From Burkholderiales bacterium (GTDB taxonomy: Bacteria; Pseudomonadota; Gammaproteobacteria; Burkholderiales; SG8-39), in contig DASWEU010000201.1 of the NCBI GenBank assembly GCA_036394595.1, positions 395 to 64,394 on the forward strand: 64,000 bases of DNA. The letters are read 5' to 3'. Shown here in pieces: positions 19,493-26,352 of the stretch. The notes under the pieces are model-generated. The model worked only from the letters and a program-made list of their open reading frames with translations. It searched no databases and was not told the origin of the DNA. The translations under genes were made by a program, and so were the position numbers. Position 1 is the first letter of the stretch, and every line of letters begins with the position of its first letter.

Positions 19493-20494
19493 ATGGGGAT
19501 CTCAGTCATGCCAATCAAACCGCTTCGGGCAAGTGGCCTAACGTTCCATCGGTACCAGCGAGGGGTCAATCAGACCGATGATCAGAAAAAGCTACTAGTT
19601 TCATTGCTTGGTCTGGTCGGCGAGCTTGGCGATGTCCAAACGATATTCAAGCGTCGACTTGAAATTGGCCTTTACCCAAACTTTGATCTCGATATGGCCG
19701 AGGAGATCGGCGACACATTGTGGTATTTGACTAGTCTCGCGTCCCGAGTTGGACTGCGTATGGAGGACATAGCAGCAGAGAATATTTCAAAGGCGGCGCA
19801 ACTTCATTCGTTGGGCGACATCTATCAGTTCGACAAGGGATATGCGAAAGATGAACAACTGCCTCGTCAATTCGATGTTGTGTTCGAAGAAAAGCCACTG
19901 CGCAAAAGCATTCAGGTCAAGATTGTTGTCCGGGGCGTATTTGTTGGAGATGCACTGACCGACAACTCAATAAAGGATGACGGGTACCGGTATCACGACG
20001 CCTTTCACCTCGCATACGCGGCATGCCTGGGGTGGTCACCGGTCACCCGTTCTCTACTTAGGCGCAAGCGAAAAAGCGATCGGAGAATTGACGAAGTAGA
20101 GGACGGCGCTCGAGCTACGACCGTAGAAGAGGCTATTTCGATTTTCCTCTTCAATCAATCTCAAAAACGTAATGAGTATCGAGAGCTAAATGCAATCGAC
20201 ATAAGTTTGCTAAAGACAGTGCGGTCACTATGCGGCACCCTCGAGGTGCGACGTTGCACAGCCAAGCAATGGAGAGCGGCAATCTTTAGTGGATATCAAA
20301 TATTTCGTGCACTTCGAGACAACAAAGGTGGAATCGTTTCCTTGGATCTCAATAGAGCGTCAATAAGCTACTCGCCACTTCGACCGAGAAGCGTCAAGGG
20401 GAGGAATCATGCCGGACGTTCAGGCTCCAGACTGCCTAATCGCATGGCAAGAAGGCGCGCGAAAACTTCAAAAAGGTGGCGGCGAAGTCTTTAA
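19493..20494 (+). CDS. MazG-like all-alpha NTP pyrophosphohydrolase domain protein with an uncharacterised C-terminal half
   Basis: N-terminal LLGLVGELGDV ... EEIGDTLWYLTSLA matches the MazG/dimeric-dUTPase E-x2-E / E-x2-D metal-binding helices. The C-terminal approx. 200 aa (…DDGYRYHDAFHLAYAACLGW…) has no motif I can assign. The basic tail overlaps the next gene by 86 nt. Confidence 0.65.
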   Translation: MGISVMPIKPLRASGLTFHRYQRGVNQTDDQKKLLVSLLGLVGELGDVQTIFKRRLEIGLYPNFDLDMAEEIGDTLWYLTSLASRVGLRMEDIAAENISKAAQLHSLGDIYQFDKGYAKDEQLPRQFDVVFEEKPLRKSIQVKIVVRGVFVGDALTDNSIKDDGYRYHDAFHLAYAACLGWSPVTRSLLRRKRKSDRRIDEVEDGARATTVEEAISIFLFNQSQKRNEYRELNAIDISLLKTVRSLCGTLEVRRCTAKQWRAAIFSGYQIFRALRDNKGGIVSLDLNRASISYSPLRPRSVKGRNHAGRSGSRLPNRMARRRAKTSKRWRRSL

Positions 20495-21107
20495 TTTGAT
20501 AACTACAATTGATGTTCCCACCAGCTATCAATTGGGATGGCTGTCGACGTTTTCGCCTCACGCAGTTGTAGCTGGAAGTGATCGATTATTGGATGTCATT
20601 AACACCGTCTTTCCAGTTCGGCTTTCAAAGAAGAGTGCTTCTAGACCAGTTCTCTACGACTCATATGATCGTCTACATAAGCGTGCAATGAAATTGCCAC
20701 GCAATCGGTCGCGTTGGGGCACTTATTTCTCCCGCCTCACAGCGTACGGAGGCAAAACTAATCAACTGGAGACTGTAATCCAGAAGCTCAAAAAGTGGCC
20801 CCGCTATACGGCAGCCTTGGTATTTCACCTTTCTTGTCCGCTCTTGGACAAGCCGAGAACAAGAGGAGGGCCGTGCTGGCATTACGGTGAATTGATTTGG
20901 CGAAAAGGAGACGTACTAGATCTAGTAGTCGTTTACCGCAATCACGATTTCTTCAACAAAGCGCTCGGCAATTTCATCGCATTAGGACAACTTCTTAATT
21001 TCATCGCATCTGCTAGTGGAAAAAAGTCCGGCAAATTAATCTGCCATTCAGTTCACGCATATTCTCAGCAATCAATCAAACACCTAGTGGCGCTTGCGCA
21101 AATATAG
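20409..21107 (+). CDS. Divergent thymidylate-synthase-fold protein (TS / dNMP hydroxymethylase superfamily), 232 aa
   Basis: Collinear with the E. coli ThyA core:
- NQLETVIQKLKKWP vs IDQITTVLNQLKNDP;
- GGPCWHYGELIW vs LAPCHAFFQFYV (catalytic Cys);
- LDLVVVYRNHDFFNKALGNFIALGQLLNFIA vs [31 protein letters not shown];
- HSVHAYS vs GDTHLYS.
Strong RBS GGGGAGGA 4 nt before the ATG. Confidence 0.65.
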   Translation: MPDVQAPDCLIAWQEGARKLQKGGGEVFNLITTIDVPTSYQLGWLSTFSPHAVVAGSDRLLDVINTVFPVRLSKKSASRPVLYDSYDRLHKRAMKLPRNRSRWGTYFSRLTAYGGKTNQLETVIQKLKKWPRYTAALVFHLSCPLLDKPRTRGGPCWHYGELIWRKGDVLDLVVVYRNHDFFNKALGNFIALGQLLNFIASASGKKSGKLICHSVHAYSQQSIKHLVALAQI

Positions 21108-21116
21108 AGAGTTGAA

Positions 21117-22244
21117 TTGAATCCAGAAGCTGAAAAGACAAAAGCATTCGAGCAATTGGTCATTGAAGTTACCGCCTGTCGAAAATGTCCGCGAATGAAT
21201 TCGAGCGAAAGGATCTTTGGACATTCCTGTGGCGGACTAAACGCCTCGGTGATGTTTATTGGAGAAGCTCCAGGGCGACTTGGTGCTGACAACACGTTGA
21301 TACCCTTCCATGGAGATCAGTCCGGCCATAACTTTGAAAGCTTCCTATTGCAGGTCGGAATAAACAGATATGAAAGCTTTGTAACGAACGCAGTACTGTG
21401 CAATCCGAAGGACGAAAAAGGGAACAATGCCACTCCAACACTTGATGAAGTTCGAAACTGCAGTCCGTTTCTCCATAGACAACTCGATCTAGTCAAGCCC
21501 AAAGTTGTTGTTACCTTGGGCGCAATAGCGCTAAGGGCTGCGGCAAATGTTGAACCACACGGCCTAACTATCGCAAAGCACGTGCGAACGCTGAGGACCT
21601 GGTACGGGGCAAAGCTCATTCCTTTGTATCACCCTGGGCAGCGCGCGATGATGCACAGAAGCTTTTCGAATCAGCTTTCTGACTATCAGTCTGTTTCCGA
21701 AGCTATTCGAAATAGAAGCCCAAAAAAGACGCGCTTGGGCAGATATTCACCAAAGGTTGCTGCAATAGTTGAGTTGATACTTGCGCAGAAGCCAAGGATT
21801 AGCTATTTCGGTCTTCACAAACTCTATTACCTAATAGAACTAGAAGCCCGTAAAAGAATCGGTATGCGACTCACAAATAGCTACATTGTTAGACAGAAGG
21901 ATGGCCCATATTGCGTTGATCTTCACCTAGCAAAATTGAAACTAATGATTCCGAAATTGAACGTCGAGGCGCGCAGTAACAAAATTGCCTTGCGCGTTAC
22001 TGAGGCAAGCGATCTTTTTTTGGAATTGCAACCAAAACAGGCCATGCTAAATGAGGCTGAGAAGGATGTAGTTGTTGCAGTGGTCGCTCGTTATGGAACT
22101 TTGACGGACGCGGAGCTAAAGAGGCGCAGTTATTTGACCAGAGAGATGCGGAATATTCTCCGATCAGAGAAGCAAGCTAGAACAAATATGTTTAATGTCC
22201 CTCTGCTCTTACCAACCAGGGAGGAGCTCGCCCGTGACACCTGA
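21117..22244 (+). CDS. Family-4-type (Fe-S) uracil-DNA glycosylase superfamily domain fused to a C-terminal DUF4065/Panacea (SocA/GepA-like) domain
   Basis: UDG: CRKC...C(NP)...C(SPF) four-Cys pattern, motif A FIGEAPG, motif B LYHPGQRAM. C-terminal half: HKLYYLIELEARKRIGMRLTNSYIVRQKDGPYCVDL resembles the KLxKLLYxxQ...G...GPV pattern of DUF4065. Apparent TTG start. Confidence 0.65.
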   Translation: MNPEAEKTKAFEQLVIEVTACRKCPRMNSSERIFGHSCGGLNASVMFIGEAPGRLGADNTLIPFHGDQSGHNFESFLLQVGINRYESFVTNAVLCNPKDEKGNNATPTLDEVRNCSPFLHRQLDLVKPKVVVTLGAIALRAAANVEPHGLTIAKHVRTLRTWYGAKLIPLYHPGQRAMMHRSFSNQLSDYQSVSEAIRNRSPKKTRLGRYSPKVAAIVELILAQKPRISYFGLHKLYYLIELEARKRIGMRLTNSYIVRQKDGPYCVDLHLAKLKLMIPKLNVEARSNKIALRVTEASDLFLELQPKQAMLNEAEKDVVVAVVARYGTLTDAELKRRSYLTREMRNILRSEKQARTNMFNVPLLLPTREELARDT

Positions 22245-22740
22245 ACAGCAGTCTTTGACCAGCAATGACGAAGTAATTACAGCGCTACGCGATCATGCGT
22301 GGGACTACTTTGAATTGCACGCGGAGCAGCGCCTTAAAGCATTCCATTTCTACATTTTGCTGGAAACGGGTCTCGTCGCAGGTTTGCTTCTTGCGACTCG
22401 TGCCGGTTCACCGGACATTAGGATGATCACAGTCATTGGCTTATTAATGGCTTTCTTCTCAATTATTTTCTGGAAAATAGATTTCCGAACAAAAGGCATG
22501 ATCAAGATTTCGGAGGAGGCACTAAAGCTTTATGAGAAGCGAAAATTTGGAAACCAAAATGATGACGATTTAATTCATTCAACTCCCTTCTTGAATGACC
22601 CCCAAGTTAGAGGGCTTGTTGGCCGCTCTCCATTCGGTACGCTGTCTTACTCCAAATGCTTTGGAGCTGTATTCGCCGTCTTTGCGCTCCTCGGTCTCGT
22701 GATGTCAATCGGTGGAGCTGTAAATTTGCTTTGCCATTGA
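22234..22740 (+). CDS. Three-TM membrane protein (candidate effector/toxin), hypothetical
   Basis: Hydrophobic segments FHFYILLETGLVAGLLLAT, MITVIGLLMAFFSIIFW and FGAVFAVFALLGLVMSIGGAV. The GTG at 22234 is preceded by GGGAGGAG and overlaps the upstream stop by 11 nt. The alternative ATG at 22195 lacks an RBS. Confidence 0.55.
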   Translation: MTPEQQSLTSNDEVITALRDHAWDYFELHAEQRLKAFHFYILLETGLVAGLLLATRAGSPDIRMITVIGLLMAFFSIIFWKIDFRTKGMIKISEEALKLYEKRKFGNQNDDDLIHSTPFLNDPQVRGLVGRSPFGTLSYSKCFGAVFAVFALLGLVMSIGGAVNLLCH

Positions 22741-22763
22741 AACGCGTACGCAGTTAAGTCCTG

Positions 22764-23738
22764 ATGCGGAAGATCAGTATGAAATATTTACTCACCGCTT
22801 TCGCTATGCTCGGATTTGCTGGGGCTGTATTGGCGCAGACGTTCCCCGCCAGACCGGTTACCTTCATTGTTCCGTTCCCGCCGGGCGGCGGAACCGACAT
22901 CTCGGCGCGAACGGTGGCGACGAAACTTAGTGCGAAATGGCCCAATCCGGTGGTGGTGGAGAACCGAGGTGGGGCGGCGGGGATTCTCGGGGCGAATGCG
23001 GTGGCCCAGGCGAAGCCAGACGGGTACACGCTGCTGATCGTCAATGTCGGCATGACGTCGATCAATCCGGCGCTGTACGCGAAGCTGCCGTACGACCATG
23101 AGAAGGCGTTCGTGCCGGTGTCGCTGATCTGCGAGCTGCCGTTCGTGCTGATGGGGAGCCCGAAGTTCGCACCCAGTTCCGTGAAGGAGCTGGTGGCCTA
23201 CGCCAAGGCGAATCCGGACAAGGTGACGTTCGCGAGCTCGGGGCAGGGCGGGTCGCCGCACCTGACCGCCGAGATCTTCATGCTCGCCACGGGAACGAAG
23301 ATGACGCACGTGCCCTACAAGGGCGGCGGGCCGGCGATGACGGACCTGATGGCGGGGCACGTGGATCTCCTCTTCGCTTCTGTCCTTGAAGGCTCGGGGC
23401 ACATCAAGGCGGGCAAGCTCAAGGGCCTGGCCGTGAGCCACAGGAACCGCAATCCGGCGCTGCCGGAGGTGCCGACGCTCGCCGAGCAGGGGGTGAAGAA
23501 CGCCGAATCGGGGTCGTGGATCGCGCTGATGGCACCTGCGGGGACGCCGGCGGCGATCATCGAAAAAGTGAATTCGGATATCAAGGAAGCGGTGTCGGCG
23601 CCCGATGTGCGCGAGAGGCTGATTGCGCAGGGCGCGGTGCCGCAGGTGAGCACGCCGGCGGAGCTGCAGGCGCTGATCGCGAGCGATCTCGCGCGCTACG
23701 GGCGGATCATCCGCGAAAAAGGCCTGAAGGCGGAGTAG
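22764..23738 (+). CDS. Bug-family (TctC-like) substrate-binding protein
   Basis: Signal peptide plus FPARPVTFIVPFPPGGGTD, ENRGGAAG, PDGYTLL, HVPYKGGGP. Alternative ATG at 22779. Confidence 0.9.
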   Translation: MRKISMKYLLTAFAMLGFAGAVLAQTFPARPVTFIVPFPPGGGTDISARTVATKLSAKWPNPVVVENRGGAAGILGANAVAQAKPDGYTLLIVNVGMTSINPALYAKLPYDHEKAFVPVSLICELPFVLMGSPKFAPSSVKELVAYAKANPDKVTFASSGQGGSPHLTAEIFMLATGTKMTHVPYKGGGPAMTDLMAGHVDLLFASVLEGSGHIKAGKLKGLAVSHRNRNPALPEVPTLAEQGVKNAESGSWIALMAPAGTPAAIIEKVNSDIKEAVSAPDVRERLIAQGAVPQVSTPAELQALIASDLARYGRIIREKGLKAE

Positions 23739-23781
23739 GATTCGGCTCCCGATTCAACCAAGACACAACGCGGAGAAGCCC

Positions 23782-24468
23782 ATGATCAAGTTCTATTACA
23801 GCACCGCCCCGAACCCGATGAAGGTGGCCCTATGCCTGGAGGAGATGGGCCTCGCCTACGAGCCGATTCCGGTCGATACGCGCAAGGGCGAGCAGCACAA
23901 GCCCGAGTACCTCGCGGTCAACCCCAACGCCAAGCTGCCTTCCATCGTGGACGGCGACGTGACGATGTTCGACAGCAACGCCATCGTGCTCTACCTCGCC
24001 GAGAAGACCGGCAAGTTCCTGCCGAAGAAACCGGCGGAGCGCGGGCCGATGCTGTCGTGGCTGATGTTCGTCGCCTCCGGCATCGGGCCGTTCACCGGCC
24101 AGTACGTGCACTTCAAGAACTACGCGCCGGAGAAGATCGCCTATTCCGTCAATCGCTACGAATTCGAAGCGCTGCGCCACTGGAACATCGTCGAGGCGCG
24201 CCTGGCGAAACAGAAGTACATGATCGGCGACGCGTACTCCGTGGTGGACATGGCGCTCTGGGGCTGGGCACGGCTGATCCCGAACATCCTTGGCGACCAC
24301 GCCTCGAAGTTCGCCAGCATCAAGCGCCTGGTGGAGGAGATCTCAGCCCGCCCGGCGGCGCAGAAGGCGCTCGCCCTCAAGGACCGCCACGCCTTCAAGA
24401 CCGAGATGGACGAAGAGGCCAAGCGCTCGATGTTCCCGAGCAACTACCGCGCGCAAGCCGCGGGCTAG
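23782..24468 (+). CDS. Glutathione S-transferase (YfcG/Nu-like)
   Basis: Thioredoxin-like N-domain (MIKFYYSTAPNPMKVALCLEE, LAVNPNAKLPSIVD, FDSNAIVLYLAEK) followed by an alpha-helical C-domain. Confidence 0.85.
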   Translation: MIKFYYSTAPNPMKVALCLEEMGLAYEPIPVDTRKGEQHKPEYLAVNPNAKLPSIVDGDVTMFDSNAIVLYLAEKTGKFLPKKPAERGPMLSWLMFVASGIGPFTGQYVHFKNYAPEKIAYSVNRYEFEALRHWNIVEARLAKQKYMIGDAYSVVDMALWGWARLIPNILGDHASKFASIKRLVEEISARPAAQKALALKDRHAFKTEMDEEAKRSMFPSNYRAQAAG

Positions 24469-25407
24469 CTATCCCGAAGCCCTGTTCAGCTGTTTGGCGA
24501 TGAAGCGCTTCGCCATCTCGTGTGCCGCGGTGGTCTGCGGGCCGGGCTCGGCGACCCACTCGTGGACGCTCGCCTTGAAGAGCTCGTACTGGACCTCGCC
24601 GCCGGCGGCGCGGTAGCTCTCGGCGAACTTCTTCTGCTCGGCGGGCAGCACGTTGTCGTCGAGCTCGCCCTGCATGACGAGGAGCGGCTTCAGCACCGCC
24701 TTCTCCTTGCGGTCGAGGATCTCCTGCGGGCTGCCTTCGTGGATCGATTCCCAGGGGTTGAAGAAGGCCTTGCTCGCCTTGACCAGGTTCTCGCTCGGCT
24801 TGCGCACGGCCTGCTCCCAGCGCGTGAAGGGGTTGCTGATCGGCGAGCGCGTGGCGACATAGGCGACGCTGGTGTCGATGCCCGGTTTTGCGAACGGGAT
24901 GGCGTTGTAGCGCTGGTCGTTCGGCCGCATGGCGAGGAGCTCGGCGACATGGCCGCCGCTCGAGCTGCCGTAGAGGCCGAGCGTCGAGGCGTCGCCCTTC
25001 CATTCCGCCGCGCGGGATTTCAGCCAGCGGATGCCGTAGCTCGCGTCCTGCACGCAGGCCGGGTAGGGCGCCTCGCCCGAGAGCGTCATGTCGATGGCCA
25101 CGACGAGGACGCCGCTCGCCGCGATGGCGCGGTCCATTGGCTCCTCGGCGGTCCGGTCCTTGCGCTGCCAGGCGCCGCCGTGCAGGTCGAGGACCACCGG
25201 GAACGGGCCCGCGCCAACCGGTTGATAGATGCGCGCCATGAGCTGGCGCCCCTGGGCGTTCTTGCGGAATGGGACCTCGCTCACCTTGAGGCCGAACTTC
25301 GCGGCCGGGTCGTGGGCGGTCTTGCCGTTCGCGGCGTTCGCGAGGCCGGGCAGGCCGGCGGCTGCGCCGAGGGCGCTTACCGTCTGCAGGAAGCTGCGGC
25401 GTTGCAT
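24469..25407 (-). CDS. Secreted alpha/beta hydrolase (esterase/lipase, fold-3-like) with Tat-type signal
   Basis: MQRRSFLQTVSALGAAAGL signal, oxyanion HGGAW, nucleophile elbow GSSSGG. GGAGAAGGAGG RBS upstream of the ATG at 25407. Confidence 0.8.
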   Translation of the reverse strand: MQRRSFLQTVSALGAAAGLPGLANAANGKTAHDPAAKFGLKVSEVPFRKNAQGRQLMARIYQPVGAGPFPVVLDLHGGAWQRKDRTAEEPMDRAIAASGVLVVAIDMTLSGEAPYPACVQDASYGIRWLKSRAAEWKGDASTLGLYGSSSGGHVAELLAMRPNDQRYNAIPFAKPGIDTSVAYVATRSPISNPFTRWEQAVRKPSENLVKASKAFFNPWESIHEGSPQEILDRKEKAVLKPLLVMQGELDDNVLPAEQKKFAESYRAAGGEVQYELFKASVHEWVAEPGPQTTAAHEMAKRFIAKQLNRASG

Positions 25408-25490
25408 GAGAACCTCCTTCTCCATGGCTTTATACCCGGCAGCCTACCGCTACGGCGAAAGCTTGGCGAGAGGCGATAATCGCAGCGACC

Positions 25491-25853
25491 ATGGCCAAGA
25501 TCCAATGGCTCGCGGAGCCCGAAGAGCATAATTACCCGGCGGCGCTGTCCTATCTTTCACTGGTGTTTGATCGGTTGCAGGCGGAATCTCTCGTCCACGA
25601 GTTGAAGCACGCGGGGATGTCGCAATTCAAGGCCAAGGACATTTTCCGCGCCTCGGGGCTATCGCTGCTCGGCGTCAGCAATTCGCACGTGAAGAAGGAC
25701 CAGAAGAAGATCCGTGACGGCAAGAAGCTCTCGCCGCTGCTGCTGGCGCGCCACAAGGCCTCGGGCCGGGTGATCGTCGCCGACGGCTATCACCGCCTGT
25801 GCGCGGTCTACGGCTACGACGAGGACGCCGTCATCCCCTGCAAGATCGCCTGA
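25491..25853 (+). CDS. Small ParB/sulfiredoxin-fold-like protein, hypothetical
   Basis: C-terminal VIVADGYHRLCAVY resembles the DGxHR motif of ParB N-terminal/Srx-fold domains. No partner genes. Confidence 0.4.
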   Translation: MAKIQWLAEPEEHNYPAALSYLSLVFDRLQAESLVHELKHAGMSQFKAKDIFRASGLSLLGVSNSHVKKDQKKIRDGKKLSPLLLARHKASGRVIVADGYHRLCAVYGYDEDAVIPCKIA

Positions 25854-25921
25854 CGAACGAATTTTCACGGCGGCGGTCCAAGGAGCGAGTGACTTTCGCC
25901 CAACCTGAGAAGGAGAACCCC

Positions 25922-26350
25922 ATGCTGAAGCGACTCGGATGGACGGTCATCGCTGGAGTACTGGTCGCGTTCGTCGCGATGCCGCTCGCGCTGGCGCAGC
26001 CGGCGCCCAGGGACATGTCGCAGAAGGCCGACGACGCGTGGGATTCGCTCAAGTCCTACACGGTGGACAAGAAGAAGGAGGCCGTGGCCACGGGACGCAA
26101 GGTGATGACCGCCGTCGACCGCGACCTCAAGGACCTGGAGGCCTCGGCGGCCAAGGCCGGCGGCGAGGCGAAGGCGGAGATGCGCAAGGACATCAAGGCG
26201 CTGAAGGTGCAGCGCGCCGAGGCGTCGAAGAAGCTGAACGCCATGGGCAAGGCGACCGCGGCCGCGTGGGACAGCACGAAGAACGGCTTCATCGAAGCCG
26301 CCCACGACCTGCACGACGGGGTCGAGAAGGCGGCGGCGAAGCTCAAGTAG
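25922..26350 (+). CDS. Secreted Ala/Lys-rich helical protein (hypothetical)
   Basis: AAGGAGA RBS, signal peptide ...MPLALAQP, and a repetitive KA/EA-rich helical sequence. Confidence 0.55.
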   Translation: MLKRLGWTVIAGVLVAFVAMPLALAQPAPRDMSQKADDAWDSLKSYTVDKKKEAVATGRKVMTAVDRDLKDLEASAAKAGGEAKAEMRKDIKALKVQRAEASKKLNAMGKATAAAWDSTKNGFIEAAHDLHDGVEKAAAKLK

Positions 26351-26352
26351 GC

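Larger units (their letters stand above)
18715..22763. other. Low-GC genomic island carrying a five-gene candidate nucleotide/uracil-DNA-centred conflict system
   Basis: Abrupt composition change: hand-counted sample lines give 30-53% GC inside versus about 65% in flanking korB. There are five co-directional genes with AT-rich codon usage unlike the host genes. No integrase, tRNA or clear direct repeats at the edges. Confidence 0.75.

Noticed and set aside
20409-20494. The 86-nt overlap between the MazG-like and TS-like genes as evidence of a frameshifted pseudogene
   Set aside because: The TS-like gene has its own ATG and a strong GGGGAGGA RBS, and its N-terminus is plausible. Both frames are intact. 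I cannot distinguish a sequencing error from a genuine overlap, so this is reported as a finding rather than a pseudogene call.
18715-22763. The island as a prophage, integrative element or IS-bounded transposon
   Set aside because: I could see no integrase, transposase, recombinase, tRNA/tmRNA target or phage structural gene. The only edge similarity is a roughly 9-nt GTACG(T)CAG match (near 18719 and 22746), too short to call att sites. It is kept as a compositional island of unknown mobility.
24466-24471. Stop-to-stop abutting or overlapping convergent genes at CTAG/TAGCTA palindromes (24466-24471, 34804-34807, 51750-51753)
   Set aside because: This is a trivial consequence of TAG stops on both strands in a tightly packed genome. 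There is no evidence of a functional site.
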